A stretch of 64,000 nt of DNA from Candidatus Magasanikiibacteriota bacterium (GTDB taxonomy: Bacteria; Patescibacteriota; Patescibacteriia; Magasanikbacterales; GWA2-37-8), in NCBI GenBank assembly GCA_963802255.1, contig CAWDHY010000001.1, positions 555,842 to 619,841 of the forward strand, read 5' to 3'. The position numbers and the translations under genes were made by a program. Below are positions 19,931-31,046 of this stretch, one piece after another. Each line of letters begins with the position of its first letter. Within the stretch, counting starts at the first letter, position 1. The notes beneath the pieces were generated by a model. It worked only from the letters and a program-made list of their open reading frames with translations, was not told the DNA's origin and made no database searches.

Positions 19931-20593
19931 TTATTTAAATAATTTTGAAATAAATAAATCGAGTAAAACTTTTAAACCGCCGGCAACACCCTGGCCATAT
20001 TCATGATAGACGACTTCAACAGGATATTCCTTGTACTTCATACCGTATTTTTTGATTTTTGATACTAATTCAGAATTATGCGCCATGCCATCCTGACGGA
20101 TATTAATTTTGCCCGCCGCATTGCGGTTTAGCAATCTGAAACCATTGTGCGCATCGCTTAGCCATATTCCGGTTACCAGCCAATTGATTAATCTTGCAAC
20201 TGGTAAAACAATGTGTCTTTTCGCCCAAGGAATTTTTGAACGACTATCCAAAAATCTTGATCCTAAAACGGCATCCAAAGACCCTTCACGCATCAAACGT
20301 ACTGCACCGGCTATGTCAGACGGATTAAACTGATCATCTGCGTCAAAATGCACTATAATTTCAGCTCCGGATTGATAAGCGAGTTGATTTCCGGTCTGAA
20401 GCGCCGCCCCTTGTCCGCGATTCAGAGCATGTCTCACAACTGTCGCGCCCGCCTCACGAGAAACAGTGCTGGTATTATCATTAGATCCGTCGTCAACAAC
20501 CACTACATACTCATAGCCATGTTGAAAAAGGCCGCGTATAACGCGGCCAATTTGTTTCTCTTCGTTATGCGCCGGTACAACAACAATAATCAT
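19931..20593 (-). CDS. GT2 polyprenol-phosphate glycosyltransferase (DPM1-like)
   Basis: VPAHNEE, VVDDGSND, NRGQGAALQTG, FDADDQF, SDAHNGFR. Confidence 0.9.
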   Translation of the reverse strand: MIIVVVPAHNEEKQIGRVIRGLFQHGYEYVVVVDDGSNDNTSTVSREAGATVVRHALNRGQGAALQTGNQLAYQSGAEIIVHFDADDQFNPSDIAGAVRLMREGSLDAVLGSRFLDSRSKIPWAKRHIVLPVARLINWLVTGIWLSDAHNGFRLLNRNAAGKINIRQDGMAHNSELVSKIKKYGMKYKEYPVEVVYHEYGQGVAGGLKVLLDLFISKLFK

Positions 20594-20596
20594 AAA

Positions 20597-21619
20597 TTAA
20601 TGATCATGGTTAAAAATCAGTGCTTCCTTATTAGCCACCACGTATTCAATTGTTTTATCCAGGCCATCTTCAAGGCGTACAAGTGGCATCCAGCCAAGCG
20701 CGTCTTTAACAAAAGTTAAATCAGCTGCTCCTTTTTTTGTTAAAAATTGCAGGCTTTTCTCAAAAGTCACTTTTGAAGAAGAATTCATCATCTTTATTAT
20801 CATATTTGCAACATCCACAATTCTGACAATTTTATCATCGCCAAAATTTGCCACTCTAACCTCAGGATCTGCTGACATTAATTTAGTCAACCCTGTAACC
20901 ATATCATCAACATAACAAAGTGAAGTCGAAAAAGATTCATCCCCGTAGACAACAAGGTCTTTTCCGTCAATTGCATCAATAATAAAATCGGGAATCATTA
21001 ATCCCTGGAATAGATGCATGCGCGGACCATAGGTGGTAAATACTCGCGCAATTTTTGCGTCAACTCCATGAACCTGACGATAAGTTTCCACCGCCGCCTC
21101 GGCAAATTTCTTGCCCTCGTCATAACAGGCGCGGGGTGAAAGATGATCAACCAGACCTTGGTCTGTTTCCTTAAAGCGATCCCTTTGTTCGGTCGCGTCG
21201 CCGTAAACAACTGAACTTGACGCAAAAACATATTTCGCGCGATATTTTACCGCCAAATCCAGAGTATTAAACATGGCCGTTGAATTAGCGGCTAATGTTT
21301 TCATTTTAAGACTTTCAAAATCCTTAGGGCTTGTCGGACAGGCCAAATGATATATCTCCTGAATGCCCTGAAACTTGACTTTAAATTTATCCAATTCATC
21401 ATATGCCTCCATATCAAGAGGCTGGGAAACGTCCAAATTAATAAATTCAAAATCCGGATACTGCAAAAGGTGGTTGATATTATTCGGGTCCGAATTAGAA
21501 AAGTCATCAATACAAATAACTTTGGCCTCTTTTAGCAGGCGTTCACATAAATGCGAACCTATAAATCCCGCTCCTCCGGTTACAATAACATTCTTTTTCT
21601 CAAAAATTGGGGTATCCAT
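20597..21619 (-). CDS. NAD-dependent epimerase/dehydratase (UDP-glucuronate decarboxylase-like)
   Basis: VTGGAGFIGSHL, IYHLACPTSP, RACYDEGKK, TYGPRM. Confidence 0.88.
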   Translation of the reverse strand: MDTPIFEKKNVIVTGGAGFIGSHLCERLLKEAKVICIDDFSNSDPNNINHLLQYPDFEFINLDVSQPLDMEAYDELDKFKVKFQGIQEIYHLACPTSPKDFESLKMKTLAANSTAMFNTLDLAVKYRAKYVFASSSVVYGDATEQRDRFKETDQGLVDHLSPRACYDEGKKFAEAAVETYRQVHGVDAKIARVFTTYGPRMHLFQGLMIPDFIIDAIDGKDLVVYGDESFSTSLCYVDDMVTGLTKLMSADPEVRVANFGDDKIVRIVDVANMIIKMMNSSSKVTFEKSLQFLTKKGAADLTFVKDALGWMPLVRLEDGLDKTIEYVVANKEALIFNHDH

Positions 21620-21695
21620 ATATTCAAAAACTATTGTATAAATCGCTATTATTTTATCAAAATTATCAGGCTTAGGCAAGTGTAATAAAAACGCT

Positions 21696-23615
21696 CTATT
21701 TTAACCGTGGTAACTGTACATTTTTTAATGTTTTACCCTTTCCTGAAATTATCTTAAACACGCCGCCACCGCCGTTATACGGCATTAAATCGATTAATCC
21801 ATCGCTGTCATAATCCTGCGATATTAAACTCCATTTTTCGCCGGTGTCAGAAAGCCGTTCTCTTAATATACTTCCGCTTTCAAGATAAACCATTGAACGG
21901 TAAGCGGCTAAACCGCGCCTGTATATTATGGTGAGCTGATCATTCTCACTGTCTACATAACGTTCAACAGACATGTCATCGACTCTTGTAGCAACGCCCA
22001 TTTCGATTTTTCTTATAAAATTACCAAGTGCGTTAAATTCTTCCACGGTCAATTTCCCATTTTTTATCCCGGCTATGAAAATATTACCATTTTTATCAAC
22101 AGTAAAAGAGTCTACACGCCCGGTAACCCACCATGATGACACTTGTTTGCCGCCAATGGAAGACGCGATAATTCTTGTGCGATCATTCTTTGCATCATAA
22201 CCAGTGGCGTAAACTTGTTTCTCATTTTTTAAAGAAGCTACTTTGACCAAATCAAAAATAATGCCCTGCGGCAGCGTCCATGATGAAACAATCTCACCGT
22301 TTTTCTTAATAATTTTTATTACATAGTTATTTCCTTCTTTAATCATTGCCGCTATCAGTTCACTGTCAGAACTGTCCAAAATAATAATTTTATTTTTAAA
22401 CCCGGCTATTTGCCATGACTTATTACTGGATAAACTCTGGCAATAGATATAGTTATCTGATTTATAACAAACATTAGCAAAAGGACCGTTTAAATTTATT
22501 TCATCAATTGCCATTTTAACTGCTGCCCCAATATTTAGACGTCCGTAGCCGAATAGTCCGAGGAGTTTCGGATTCATTTTATCAATATTGTCGGCAGAAG
22601 CCAGTAGCGTCGCTATAAGTTTTTTTGCCGTCCAATCCGGCTGTAACGATTTTAGCAAAGCAGCTGCTCCTGCTACCAGTGGCGTAGCGAAAGACGTGCC
22701 CGACCAGGGACCAATAAAACCTGTGCCATTTTCACCATTTGTGCGCATGGCAGTGCTATAAAGATTTTCACCGGGCGCGGCTATGTCAACACAATTGCCA
22801 AAATTCGCGAAAGCGCTTAATCGGTCAGTTTTGTCGACTGCAGTTACCCCTAACAACCAATTTTCATCGGCATACTCTCTATAACATACTGGGTATAACT
22901 CATTTTTTTCAAGAAAACCGGTGCCGTCTGCACGGTTATTACCCGCGGCCACTACAATAAGAATATTCTTGGCGTACGCCCGTCTCAAAGCCTCATACAA
23001 ACCCGCGTCATCTGCATAGCCGACAAAACTTAAACTGATTATATCCGCTCCGTTAAATGCGGCATAGTCAATGGCCTTTGCGATATCATCATAAGAACCG
23101 GAGCCGTAATTATCAATCGTGCGTACCGGCATAATTCTTACGCGCCAATTTACTCCGGCTCCGAATAAATTATTGTCCCCGGCGGCTCCAATCAACCCGG
23201 TAATTACTGTTCCGTGAGAAATCACATCATCGCCAAAAAAAGTTCCTTCTTCCGATCCAATGACATCATTATTCTTTTCAACAAAATTCCATCCATTAAC
23301 ATCATCAATATATCCGTTGCGATCGTCGTCAAAGCCATTGTCGGGCACTTCGTATTTATTCACCCAAATATTATTTTTTAAATCCGGATGATTTATATCA
23401 ATACCTGTATCAAGAACAGCCACAACAACTTCGGGCGACCCGGTGGTAAAATTCCAGGCGTCTGGCAGATTAATTTGACTGTAAACCTGCGTTTGCTTTT
23501 TATATTCCGGATCGGCTGAGATGCTGCCATAAGCCGGTAAGGCAGAAATTAAAAACAGGCCGATAATAAGCCCGGCAATTGATTTATTTATAAAAATATT
23601 GTAGGATTCATGCAT
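21696..23615 (-). CDS. Secreted S8 subtilisin-like peptidase with C-terminal beta-rich domain
   Basis: Catalytic triad VLDTG / SHGT / GTSFATP; signal-like N-terminus; exact start uncertain. Confidence 0.9.
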   Translation of the reverse strand: MHESYNIFINKSIAGLIIGLFLISALPAYGSISADPEYKKQTQVYSQINLPDAWNFTTGSPEVVVAVLDTGIDINHPDLKNNIWVNKYEVPDNGFDDDRNGYIDDVNGWNFVEKNNDVIGSEEGTFFGDDVISHGTVITGLIGAAGDNNLFGAGVNWRVRIMPVRTIDNYGSGSYDDIAKAIDYAAFNGADIISLSFVGYADDAGLYEALRRAYAKNILIVVAAGNNRADGTGFLEKNELYPVCYREYADENWLLGVTAVDKTDRLSAFANFGNCVDIAAPGENLYSTAMRTNGENGTGFIGPWSGTSFATPLVAGAAALLKSLQPDWTAKKLIATLLASADNIDKMNPKLLGLFGYGRLNIGAAVKMAIDEINLNGPFANVCYKSDNYIYCQSLSSNKSWQIAGFKNKIIILDSSDSELIAAMIKEGNNYVIKIIKKNGEIVSSWTLPQGIIFDLVKVASLKNEKQVYATGYDAKNDRTRIIASSIGGKQVSSWWVTGRVDSFTVDKNGNIFIAGIKNGKLTVEEFNALGNFIRKIEMGVATRVDDMSVERYVDSENDQLTIIYRRGLAAYRSMVYLESGSILRERLSDTGEKWSLISQDYDSDGLIDLMPYNGGGGVFKIISGKGKTLKNVQLPRLK

Positions 23616-23664
23616 AAAATACCATATAAAGTATACATCATATATCAAGGATTGAAAATGGCAT

Positions 23665-25053
23665 ATGCTCTATCGAATTAAACAATTAACTTTGCTTATC
23701 GGTGACTGGATAGCGCTATATCTGGCCTTATTTTCTTCGTTATGCCTTCGTTATCTAAAATTACCCGCTATCGAGTGGAATGTTTTGTTTATACCAATGA
23801 CCAAACTTTTCATTATCGCGGCGATAATATTTTTTATTGTCGGCCTATATGACATTGGACAATCAAAAAATCGCTGGCCTTTTTTTCAAAAAATATTTCT
23901 GGCAATGGGAATATGGCTGATATTCGGTGTGCTTTATTTTTATTTAAGCCCCCGTAATAATGTTCAACCTAAAACAATCATGCTTTTTTGCGCGATTATA
24001 GGAACATTATTTATCGGTGCTTGGAGAGCGCTCCACAACCGGTTTCTATCAAAGTCAATTTTAAAAAATAATATAGTTCTGGTCGGATTATCAAGAGAAG
24101 CGTCTGAGCTCATGGCCAAACTTGAGGCTGAACCGGAAATCGGATACGAAGTAATAGGAATAATAAAGCGCGGCGAAGAAGCAATGCAGGAAAGTTTACC
24201 CGGTATCCAAAAATATCCCATAGCCGTCTCAATTGCCGATTTGATGGATAAAATATCCAAACCGATAAACTATATCGTTGTCGCACCGTCAATGGCGAAA
24301 AATACCGAAATTGCTAAAGAATTATACCAGCAGCTTTTTAGTCAGGTAAGCGTTATTAGTTTTGTCCGGTTTTATGAGGAAATAATGAAGAGAATCCCGC
24401 CATCCACTTTTTCAGAATCATGGTTTTTAGCAAACCTGCAGGAGCAAGATAAAAAAATTTATGACAGATTCAAAATTATCATCGATTATATCTTCGCGTC
24501 AATTATGTGCGCGGTATTTGCGGTGACTTTTCCGTTCATTGCGCTAGCGGTCAAACTTTCTTCAGCCGGACCGATATTCTTTATTCAGGAAAGAACCGGA
24601 CGAAATGGCTTAATATTTAAAATATTTAAGTACCGTACAATGCAGGCGTTGTCAAAAGATGGCAGTGCTGAAATAAATGGAGCTCAATTCGCAGCCGTGG
24701 ACGATCAAAGAATCACTTCTGTCGGTAAATTTTTGCGCAAAACCCGGCTTGATGAATTACCGCAATTTATTAATATTTTTAAAAACGAAATGAGTCTGAT
24801 CGGGCCCCGTCCGGAAAGACCAAAATTCGTATCCGAATTATCGGCAATAATGCCCTACTATTCATTACGCCACTTAATTAAACCGGGATTGACCGGTTGG
24901 GGGCAAATTCAGAAATCCTATTATGGCACACTTGAAGAAAATCTGCGCAAACTGGAATTTGATCTGTATTATTTAAAAAATCGCGGTCCGCTTTTGGATG
25001 CGGCGATTATTCTTCGAACGTTTAATATTCTGGGCAGGATGGCAGGTAGATAA
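23665..25053 (+). CDS. Polyprenyl glycosylphosphotransferase (WcaJ/WbaP-type sugar transferase)
   Basis: KYRTM, DQRITSVGKFLRKTRLDELPQ, MSLIGPRPE, KPGLTGWGQ. Confidence 0.93.
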   Translation: MLYRIKQLTLLIGDWIALYLALFSSLCLRYLKLPAIEWNVLFIPMTKLFIIAAIIFFIVGLYDIGQSKNRWPFFQKIFLAMGIWLIFGVLYFYLSPRNNVQPKTIMLFCAIIGTLFIGAWRALHNRFLSKSILKNNIVLVGLSREASELMAKLEAEPEIGYEVIGIIKRGEEAMQESLPGIQKYPIAVSIADLMDKISKPINYIVVAPSMAKNTEIAKELYQQLFSQVSVISFVRFYEEIMKRIPPSTFSESWFLANLQEQDKKIYDRFKIIIDYIFASIMCAVFAVTFPFIALAVKLSSAGPIFFIQERTGRNGLIFKIFKYRTMQALSKDGSAEINGAQFAAVDDQRITSVGKFLRKTRLDELPQFINIFKNEMSLIGPRPERPKFVSELSAIMPYYSLRHLIKPGLTGWGQIQKSYYGTLEENLRKLEFDLYYLKNRGPLLDAAIILRTFNILGRMAGR

Positions 25054-25083
25054 AGGAAGCGCCAAACGGCGCTTCCTTTTTTA
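25053..25083. terminator. Bidirectional terminator
   Basis: AAAGGAAGCGCC-AAAC-GGCGCTTCCTTT perfect hairpin between convergent genes. Confidence 0.8.
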
Positions 25084-25093
25084 TTCTTCCTTT

Positions 25094-26722
25094 TTATTTT
25101 TTATTTAAAGCCGCTTTTACGAGTCCCATAAACAACGGATGGGGATGTAATGGGCGGGATTTAAATTCCGGATGAAATTGAGAACCGACAAAAAATGGAT
25201 GATTTTTTAATTCAATAATCTCAACAAGGTCAGATTCTTTGTTAATACCAACAATTTGCAAACCGGCTTTGTCTAATTCATCCCTGTATTGGTTATTAAA
25301 CTCAAAACGATGCCGGTGACGCTCACTAATTTTATTGGCACCATAGAGCTTCTGCACTTTGCTTCCATTTTTCAAAACACAGTCATAGGCGCCTAGGCGC
25401 ATTGTACCGCCATATTTTGCCTCCTGAATATTTTTCGCCTGATTCGGATTAACGTGAATAATGATATTTGAACTTTTCGGGTTACACTCAACCGTATGCG
25501 CATCTTTATATCCAAGTACGTGCCTGACATATTCAATTGCCGCCAGCTGCATGCCATAACATAATCCCAAATATGGAATCTTTTTTTCTCGGACATATTT
25601 AATCGCTGAAATTACCCCTTCAACTCCGCGGGTGCCGAATCCGCCGGGTACCACAACCGCATTATATCCGGAAAGCTCTTTTAAACATTTTGAATCCCGC
25701 TCATATTTTTCCGAATCAATCCATGTTAATTCCGGCACCGCCCCGTTATACCAGGCGGCGGTTTTGATAGCTTCAATAACTGAAATATATGAATCTGATA
25801 ATGTATAATTTCCGGTTCCGAAATATTTCCCGATTACGGCGACCTTGATAATTTTATCTGCAGTCCGCATCTTTTTTATAAAATTTGCCCATAATGAACC
25901 GTCTTTTTCTTTTAACCGAAGCTTTAATTTCTTGGCAATTATTTTACTTAAATTGTATTTTTCAAAATTGTAAGGAATTTCATAAATATTCCTTACGTCC
26001 GGAGCGGGAATAATGTCGTCTTTTGAACGCAGTGAACAAAAAAATGCCAACTTTTCACGTCGCGGTTCGTCCAGTTCTTCACGGCCGCGCGCGATGATAA
26101 CGTCGGCTTGCAGACCCGAATTATTCAAAGTTCTGGACGCATGCTGCGTCGGCTTTGTTTTCATTTCCCCTAAATGGCCGGGAATCGGCAGATAACTAAC
26201 TAAGACAAAAAGTACACTATCGGGATCGTCCAGTTTCATCATTCTGGCTGCTTCCAAAAATAAAATATTTTCGTATTCTCCGACCGTTCCGCCAATTTCT
26301 ATAATCATCACCTCGGCATTGGTTTTTTTCGCTGCTGTTTTTATTCTGCCGATTACTTCCAGCGGAATATGCGGCACTACCTGCACGCACCGGCCCTTGT
26401 ATCCCATACTTCTTTCTTTCTGTATCACATTTTGATAGACCCTGCCCGTAGTCATGTAATTAATTGAATATATGTCAGTATCGAGAAAACGTTCATAATT
26501 TCCAATATCTTGGTCAGTTTCATCGCCGTCATTAGTCACGAATACCTCACCATGCTCAATCGGATTCATTGTGCCTGCATCAATATTAATATACGGATCG
26601 ATCTTGATCGCCGACACCCGCATACCGCAATTGGCCAATATACGGCCAATTGATGCCACGGTTATTCCCTTTCCCACTCCGCTCATTACACCGCCGATAA
26701 CGAAAATATATTTTGTTTTCAT
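25094..26722 (-). CDS. pyrG: CTP synthase
   Basis: GGVMSGVGKG, KIDPYINIDAGTM, GLCYGMQ, ERHRHR, QFHPEF. Confidence 0.98.
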   Translation of the reverse strand: MKTKYIFVIGGVMSGVGKGITVASIGRILANCGMRVSAIKIDPYINIDAGTMNPIEHGEVFVTNDGDETDQDIGNYERFLDTDIYSINYMTTGRVYQNVIQKERSMGYKGRCVQVVPHIPLEVIGRIKTAAKKTNAEVMIIEIGGTVGEYENILFLEAARMMKLDDPDSVLFVLVSYLPIPGHLGEMKTKPTQHASRTLNNSGLQADVIIARGREELDEPRREKLAFFCSLRSKDDIIPAPDVRNIYEIPYNFEKYNLSKIIAKKLKLRLKEKDGSLWANFIKKMRTADKIIKVAVIGKYFGTGNYTLSDSYISVIEAIKTAAWYNGAVPELTWIDSEKYERDSKCLKELSGYNAVVVPGGFGTRGVEGVISAIKYVREKKIPYLGLCYGMQLAAIEYVRHVLGYKDAHTVECNPKSSNIIIHVNPNQAKNIQEAKYGGTMRLGAYDCVLKNGSKVQKLYGANKISERHRHRFEFNNQYRDELDKAGLQIVGINKESDLVEIIELKNHPFFVGSQFHPEFKSRPLHPHPLFMGLVKAALNKK

Positions 26723-26807
26723 AGGCGCTCTATTAAAAAAATGACACTATGATAGTTTTGGAATAATCAATTCAAAAATAACCCCATTAATAATACAAAA
26801 AATTTAT

Positions 26808-27272
26808 TTAGTCGGGTGAAGTCGTATTTTTTGAATTTACAATAATGTGAATCTTAATTTCTAAGCCATGCTTCAGTTTTACTGTTGCATCAAATTCCCC
26901 CGGTTCTTTTATCAGATTCGCTGAAATTTTATTTTTATCAATATCGAATCCCATTTTTTTGAGAGATTCCGAAATTTTTTGCGGTCCGACAGCGGCATAT
27001 AAAAAACCGGCCTCATTGGTCTTTTCGGTGAAAATCAACGGCAGACCCTCAAGCCGGCTGGCTAAAGACTGCTGAGTTTTTAAATCCATTTCCGCCCCTT
27101 TTTCTTTGCGCCTTTTATCGGCATTCAAATTACTGATAGTCTTCGAAGACGCTAAAACGGCTAAATGACGCGGAAAAAGAAAATTTACCGCATAGCCTTC
27201 GGCCACTTCCTTAATATCGTCAATATCGCCGAGCCCGGCCACTTTAGCTAGTAGTATTACTTTCATAGCCAT
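26808..27272 (-). CDS. rplI: 50S ribosomal protein L9
   Basis: MKVILL..LG..VAEGYAVNFLFP. Confidence 0.95.
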   Translation of the reverse strand: MAMKVILLAKVAGLGDIDDIKEVAEGYAVNFLFPRHLAVLASSKTISNLNADKRRKEKGAEMDLKTQQSLASRLEGLPLIFTEKTNEAGFLYAAVGPQKISESLKKMGFDIDKNKISANLIKEPGEFDATVKLKHGLEIKIHIIVNSKNTTSPD

Positions 27273-27353
27273 CTGCCTTGAAAAATATCTTAATTTCGGG
27301 TATATTATAGTACAAAATTAACCAATTGAAAAACAACCTGTCAAGGGATTAAT

Positions 27354-28244
27354 ATGGACAAAAAAATAGCAAATATCAACGAGCCTAAACCGCCCTTAAA
27401 GTCCGGCATTATTACGCTTGTCGGCCGCTCTAATGTCGGCAAATCAACTCTGCTAAACACATTGGTGGGCACTAAATTGGCTATTGTAACAGATAAACCG
27501 CAGACAACCAGAAATATTATTCACGGGGTTCTAAATTGGCCGCAGGGACAGGCTGTATTTGTGGACGCACCAGGCGTATTTAAAGAAAACAGAAGCTTGC
27601 TTTCCGGTAAACTGGAAAAAAGAGTACACGAATCATTGGAGGACACGGATATAATTATCTATGTTGTTGACCCGACTAAATCACTCGGTGCTGAGGAACG
27701 CTACATATTATCCTTGGTCAGAAAAATTGAAAAGCCAAAAATATTAGTAATAAATAAATCAGATTTACCCCGTCAAGAAAAGGAGTATCTCGACGACTAT
27801 TTGGCGCTTGCGGATAATTTTTCGCAAACTTTTGAATTGTCAGCATTGCGAAACCGGCACGTCGAGCCTCTACGCGAAAAAGTATTTGAACTGTTGCCCT
27901 ATGGCGAACCGTTATATCCACCGGATCAACTGACAAATACTGATCCAAAATTCTGGGTATCAGAGCTGATCAGAGAAAAAATTTTTAAAGCGCTCCGAAA
28001 AGAAGTACCCTATACAATACATGTTGAAATAGAAAGCATCGAAGAAAAAACTGATATCTATGTTATTAAGGCAACAGTATTCACGCTTGACTCGCGTTAT
28101 AAAAAAATGATAATCGGCGCGCGCGGCAGAGCGATAAAAGAAATAGGTATCGCTGCGAGAAAGGAACTGGAAACAGCGTTGAATAAAAAAGTATTTTTGG
28201 AACTTGAAGTTGAAACGGATAAGCACTGGGAAGAAAAAATTTAA
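27354..28244 (+). CDS. era: GTPase Era
   Basis: GRSNVGKSTL, KPQTTR, DAPG, NKSD, C-terminal KH domain (EVPY, IIGARG). Confidence 0.96.
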   Translation: MDKKIANINEPKPPLKSGIITLVGRSNVGKSTLLNTLVGTKLAIVTDKPQTTRNIIHGVLNWPQGQAVFVDAPGVFKENRSLLSGKLEKRVHESLEDTDIIIYVVDPTKSLGAEERYILSLVRKIEKPKILVINKSDLPRQEKEYLDDYLALADNFSQTFELSALRNRHVEPLREKVFELLPYGEPLYPPDQLTNTDPKFWVSELIREKIFKALRKEVPYTIHVEIESIEEKTDIYVIKATVFTLDSRYKKMIIGARGRAIKEIGIAARKELETALNKKVFLELEVETDKHWEEKI

Positions 28245-28276
28245 AAAAATCCCCGGTTTAAGCCGGGGATTTTTTA
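28243..28276. terminator. Bidirectional terminator
   Basis: AAAAAATCCCCGG...CCGGGGATTTTTT between convergent era and ctpA. Confidence 0.8.
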
Positions 28277-29575
28277 TCAGTTCGTAGTACTTGTTGAATT
28301 ATCTGCCGGTAGTACTTCTCTTCCCTCAATAATATCTATTGCCCGGTCAAGCATAACGTCTTCTCCTACCTTTTCGTTTTCCCAATCCTGCTTTATTTCA
28401 ACGTCGGGCAAAATACCTTCTTTATTGATATTTTTTCCCAATGGCGTATACCATTCCGCAACTGTTAATTTCAAAGCCGAACCATCCGGAAAAGTTTCAA
28501 AATCCTGCACCGATCCTTTACCAAATGTTTTTTCTCCGATAACGTCTGCCAGGCCGTGATCCTTAAGCGCTCCTGCAACAATCTCTGAGGCCGATGCAGA
28601 ACCGCCATTTACCAAAACAACTGTTTTTATACCGGACAATCTATGTTCACCTATTGTTTCGTGGTCACGCGAATAACCGGTATCGGACTTTTCACTGACA
28701 ATCATACCCTCGTCTACCCATTCGCTAGCCATATTTACGGCAGCATCAAGAAAACCGCCCGGGTTATTTCGCATATCCAATATTATTCCTTTCGCATTTT
28801 CATCAACTAATTTTTGCGCGAAACGGTCAAATATCACGTCTGTATCTTCATTAAATTGTAAAATTCGTATATACGCAATCTTATCCCCTTTCCATTCAAA
28901 AGTGACCGATGGCACATTAATTTTTGCGCGCATAATAACAATATCAAAAGCCTTGCCGGCTCCATTGCGAGTGACTAATAAAGTGACCTCTGTCCCCGCT
29001 TCTCCACGAATTTTACTTACTGCCATATTAACATCCATGCCAAAAGTATTCTCCTTGTCAATCGCCATTATTTTATCGCCCGCACGCAGACCGGCGTGTT
29101 CAGCCGGTGAATCGGCGAGTGGAGACACGACCGTCAGCTGGCCATTCTTAATACCAATTTCAGCGCCAATACCTTCAAACTCGCCGGATAAGTCTTTAGC
29201 AAATTCTTCGGCTGTCTTTGGCACCATATAAACAGAATATGGATCGCCAAGAGAATAGACGAGACCCTCAATCGCCCCATAAAATAAATCCGCGTCCTTA
29301 ACATCCTTATAAACATATTTTTCTTTTATTCTGTCCCATACATCCCAAAACTGGCTAAAATCAATACTGTCTGAACGGCTTACCGATCGGTTGAAATTAA
29401 TAACTTTACTTATTTCCACATCGCCGTTTGCATTTTCAATTTGTTTCTTTATAATAATTGATTGGCCAACCAATATACCCAAGCCAAATGAAGAAACAAA
29501 TAAAATAATTGCAAGATATATTCCGATATATTTGCTAAAACGCGCCTTTGACGGCGTCACATTGCGTTCAAACAT
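28277..29575 (-). CDS. S41 C-terminal processing peptidase (CtpA-like, PDZ)
   Basis: FEGIGA PDZ loop, DMRNNPGG, SASASEI, TFGKGSVQ. Confidence 0.93.
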   Translation of the reverse strand: MFERNVTPSKARFSKYIGIYLAIILFVSSFGLGILVGQSIIIKKQIENANGDVEISKVINFNRSVSRSDSIDFSQFWDVWDRIKEKYVYKDVKDADLFYGAIEGLVYSLGDPYSVYMVPKTAEEFAKDLSGEFEGIGAEIGIKNGQLTVVSPLADSPAEHAGLRAGDKIMAIDKENTFGMDVNMAVSKIRGEAGTEVTLLVTRNGAGKAFDIVIMRAKINVPSVTFEWKGDKIAYIRILQFNEDTDVIFDRFAQKLVDENAKGIILDMRNNPGGFLDAAVNMASEWVDEGMIVSEKSDTGYSRDHETIGEHRLSGIKTVVLVNGGSASASEIVAGALKDHGLADVIGEKTFGKGSVQDFETFPDGSALKLTVAEWYTPLGKNINKEGILPDVEIKQDWENEKVGEDVMLDRAIDIIEGREVLPADNSTSTTN

Positions 29576-29581
29576 AAAAAA

Positions 29582-30889
29582 TTACTCATTAATTATTTTT
29601 ATATCAGCTCCGGCGCGGTTTAAAGTTTCATAAAAATCTTCATAACCGCGATCAATCATATAAGTATTTCGTAAAATTGATTTGCCTTTAGCCGCCATCA
29701 TGCCGAGCAATAAAACAACGGCAACTCTCAATATCGGCGGACAAATAGCTTCGTTCGATTTATATTCAGTCGGCCCCTCAATCCATACGCGGTGCGGGTC
29801 AAGCAAGGTTATTTTTAAGCCTAACTTTTGCATTTCCAAGTAGCTCACCGCCCTATTTTCATATGGCCAATCATGAAGAAGCGTACGGCCCTTGGCTCCA
29901 GCGACCACAGGTACGAATAACGGCAGATTATCTATATTTAATCCCGGATAAGGCCGGCATTCAATTTTATCAGACAAAGATTTTAAATTTGAAGGAATTA
30001 TAGATAAATCCGCAACTTCGAATTTTCCATTCTTTGATTTGCGTAAATTTCTTATCTCATATTTTTGCCCCATCCTGCTTAATTTCTCAAGTTCAAGCTC
30101 TAAAAAATCAATCGGGCAATTTTCTACAACGATCGCCGAACCGGTCACAATCCCGGCGGCAATGTAAGTCATTGCGACAATTGGATCAGGCATAATCGGA
30201 TAATATCCGACTGAACTCAATTTTTTTACACCATCAATTTCTAGTGTTGTTGAACCGATACCGCGAATTTTAGCGCCGGCTTTATTTAAAAAATGACAAA
30301 GGTCCTGCACCATATAATTTGCAGAGGCCATTTTTATAGTTGTTTTTCCTTTAGCCAATACAGCCGCCATTATGGTATTTTCAGTTGCTGTATCACCGGA
30401 CTCATACATCACGACTTTTCCAGCCATTAAAGGATGTTGGTTTTCAACCTCAAAATAATTTACCCGCGAGGTGATTTTTATGCCGAATTTTTCGAGCGCA
30501 TATATATGTGGCCTCACGGTACGTTCTCCAAGTTTGCACCCGCCCGATTTAAATAGTTTAAATTTCCTTTCCCTCGCCGCTAACGCGCCAAAAAGCAAAA
30601 GTGAAGATCGCGTCTTCTCCGAAGCATTTGAGTCTATTTTATCCATTTTTAAATTACCGGATGAATTGAGAAAATATTTTCCCGGACCAAGCTTTTCCAC
30701 TTTCACTCCAATGCTGATCAGCAGTTCAATAATACGATAAACTTCTTCAATTTCAGGCACATCAAAAAGTTTTACTTTGCCTTTTATCATTGCACAAGCG
30801 CAAAGAATAGCCACTGCTGAATTCTTTGCCGTTTGATTTATAATAGTTCCTTTTAATTTTTTTCCGCCGTTTATCACCAAATACGACAT
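29582..30889 (-). CDS. murA: UDP-N-acetylglucosamine 1-carboxyvinyltransferase
   Basis: AKNSA, GGCKLGER (active-site Cys), ATEN, YPGLNID, IDRGYE. Confidence 0.93.
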   Translation of the reverse strand: MSYLVINGGKKLKGTIINQTAKNSAVAILCACAMIKGKVKLFDVPEIEEVYRIIELLISIGVKVEKLGPGKYFLNSSGNLKMDKIDSNASEKTRSSLLLFGALAARERKFKLFKSGGCKLGERTVRPHIYALEKFGIKITSRVNYFEVENQHPLMAGKVVMYESGDTATENTIMAAVLAKGKTTIKMASANYMVQDLCHFLNKAGAKIRGIGSTTLEIDGVKKLSSVGYYPIMPDPIVAMTYIAAGIVTGSAIVVENCPIDFLELELEKLSRMGQKYEIRNLRKSKNGKFEVADLSIIPSNLKSLSDKIECRPYPGLNIDNLPLFVPVVAGAKGRTLLHDWPYENRAVSYLEMQKLGLKITLLDPHRVWIEGPTEYKSNEAICPPILRVAVVLLLGMMAAKGKSILRNTYMIDRGYEDFYETLNRAGADIKIINE

Positions 30890-31046
30890 AAATGTAAAAA
30901 TTTTTGATATTTAATGTTTATTTTTTAGCCTGTAACGCTCGATTCGACTTATCTTGATCATAATTCATACGAGTGAGCATACTTTACTGAAGACGTTTTT
31001 TATTATAATATAGTCTACACCAACTATCACCATAAATCAATATCGC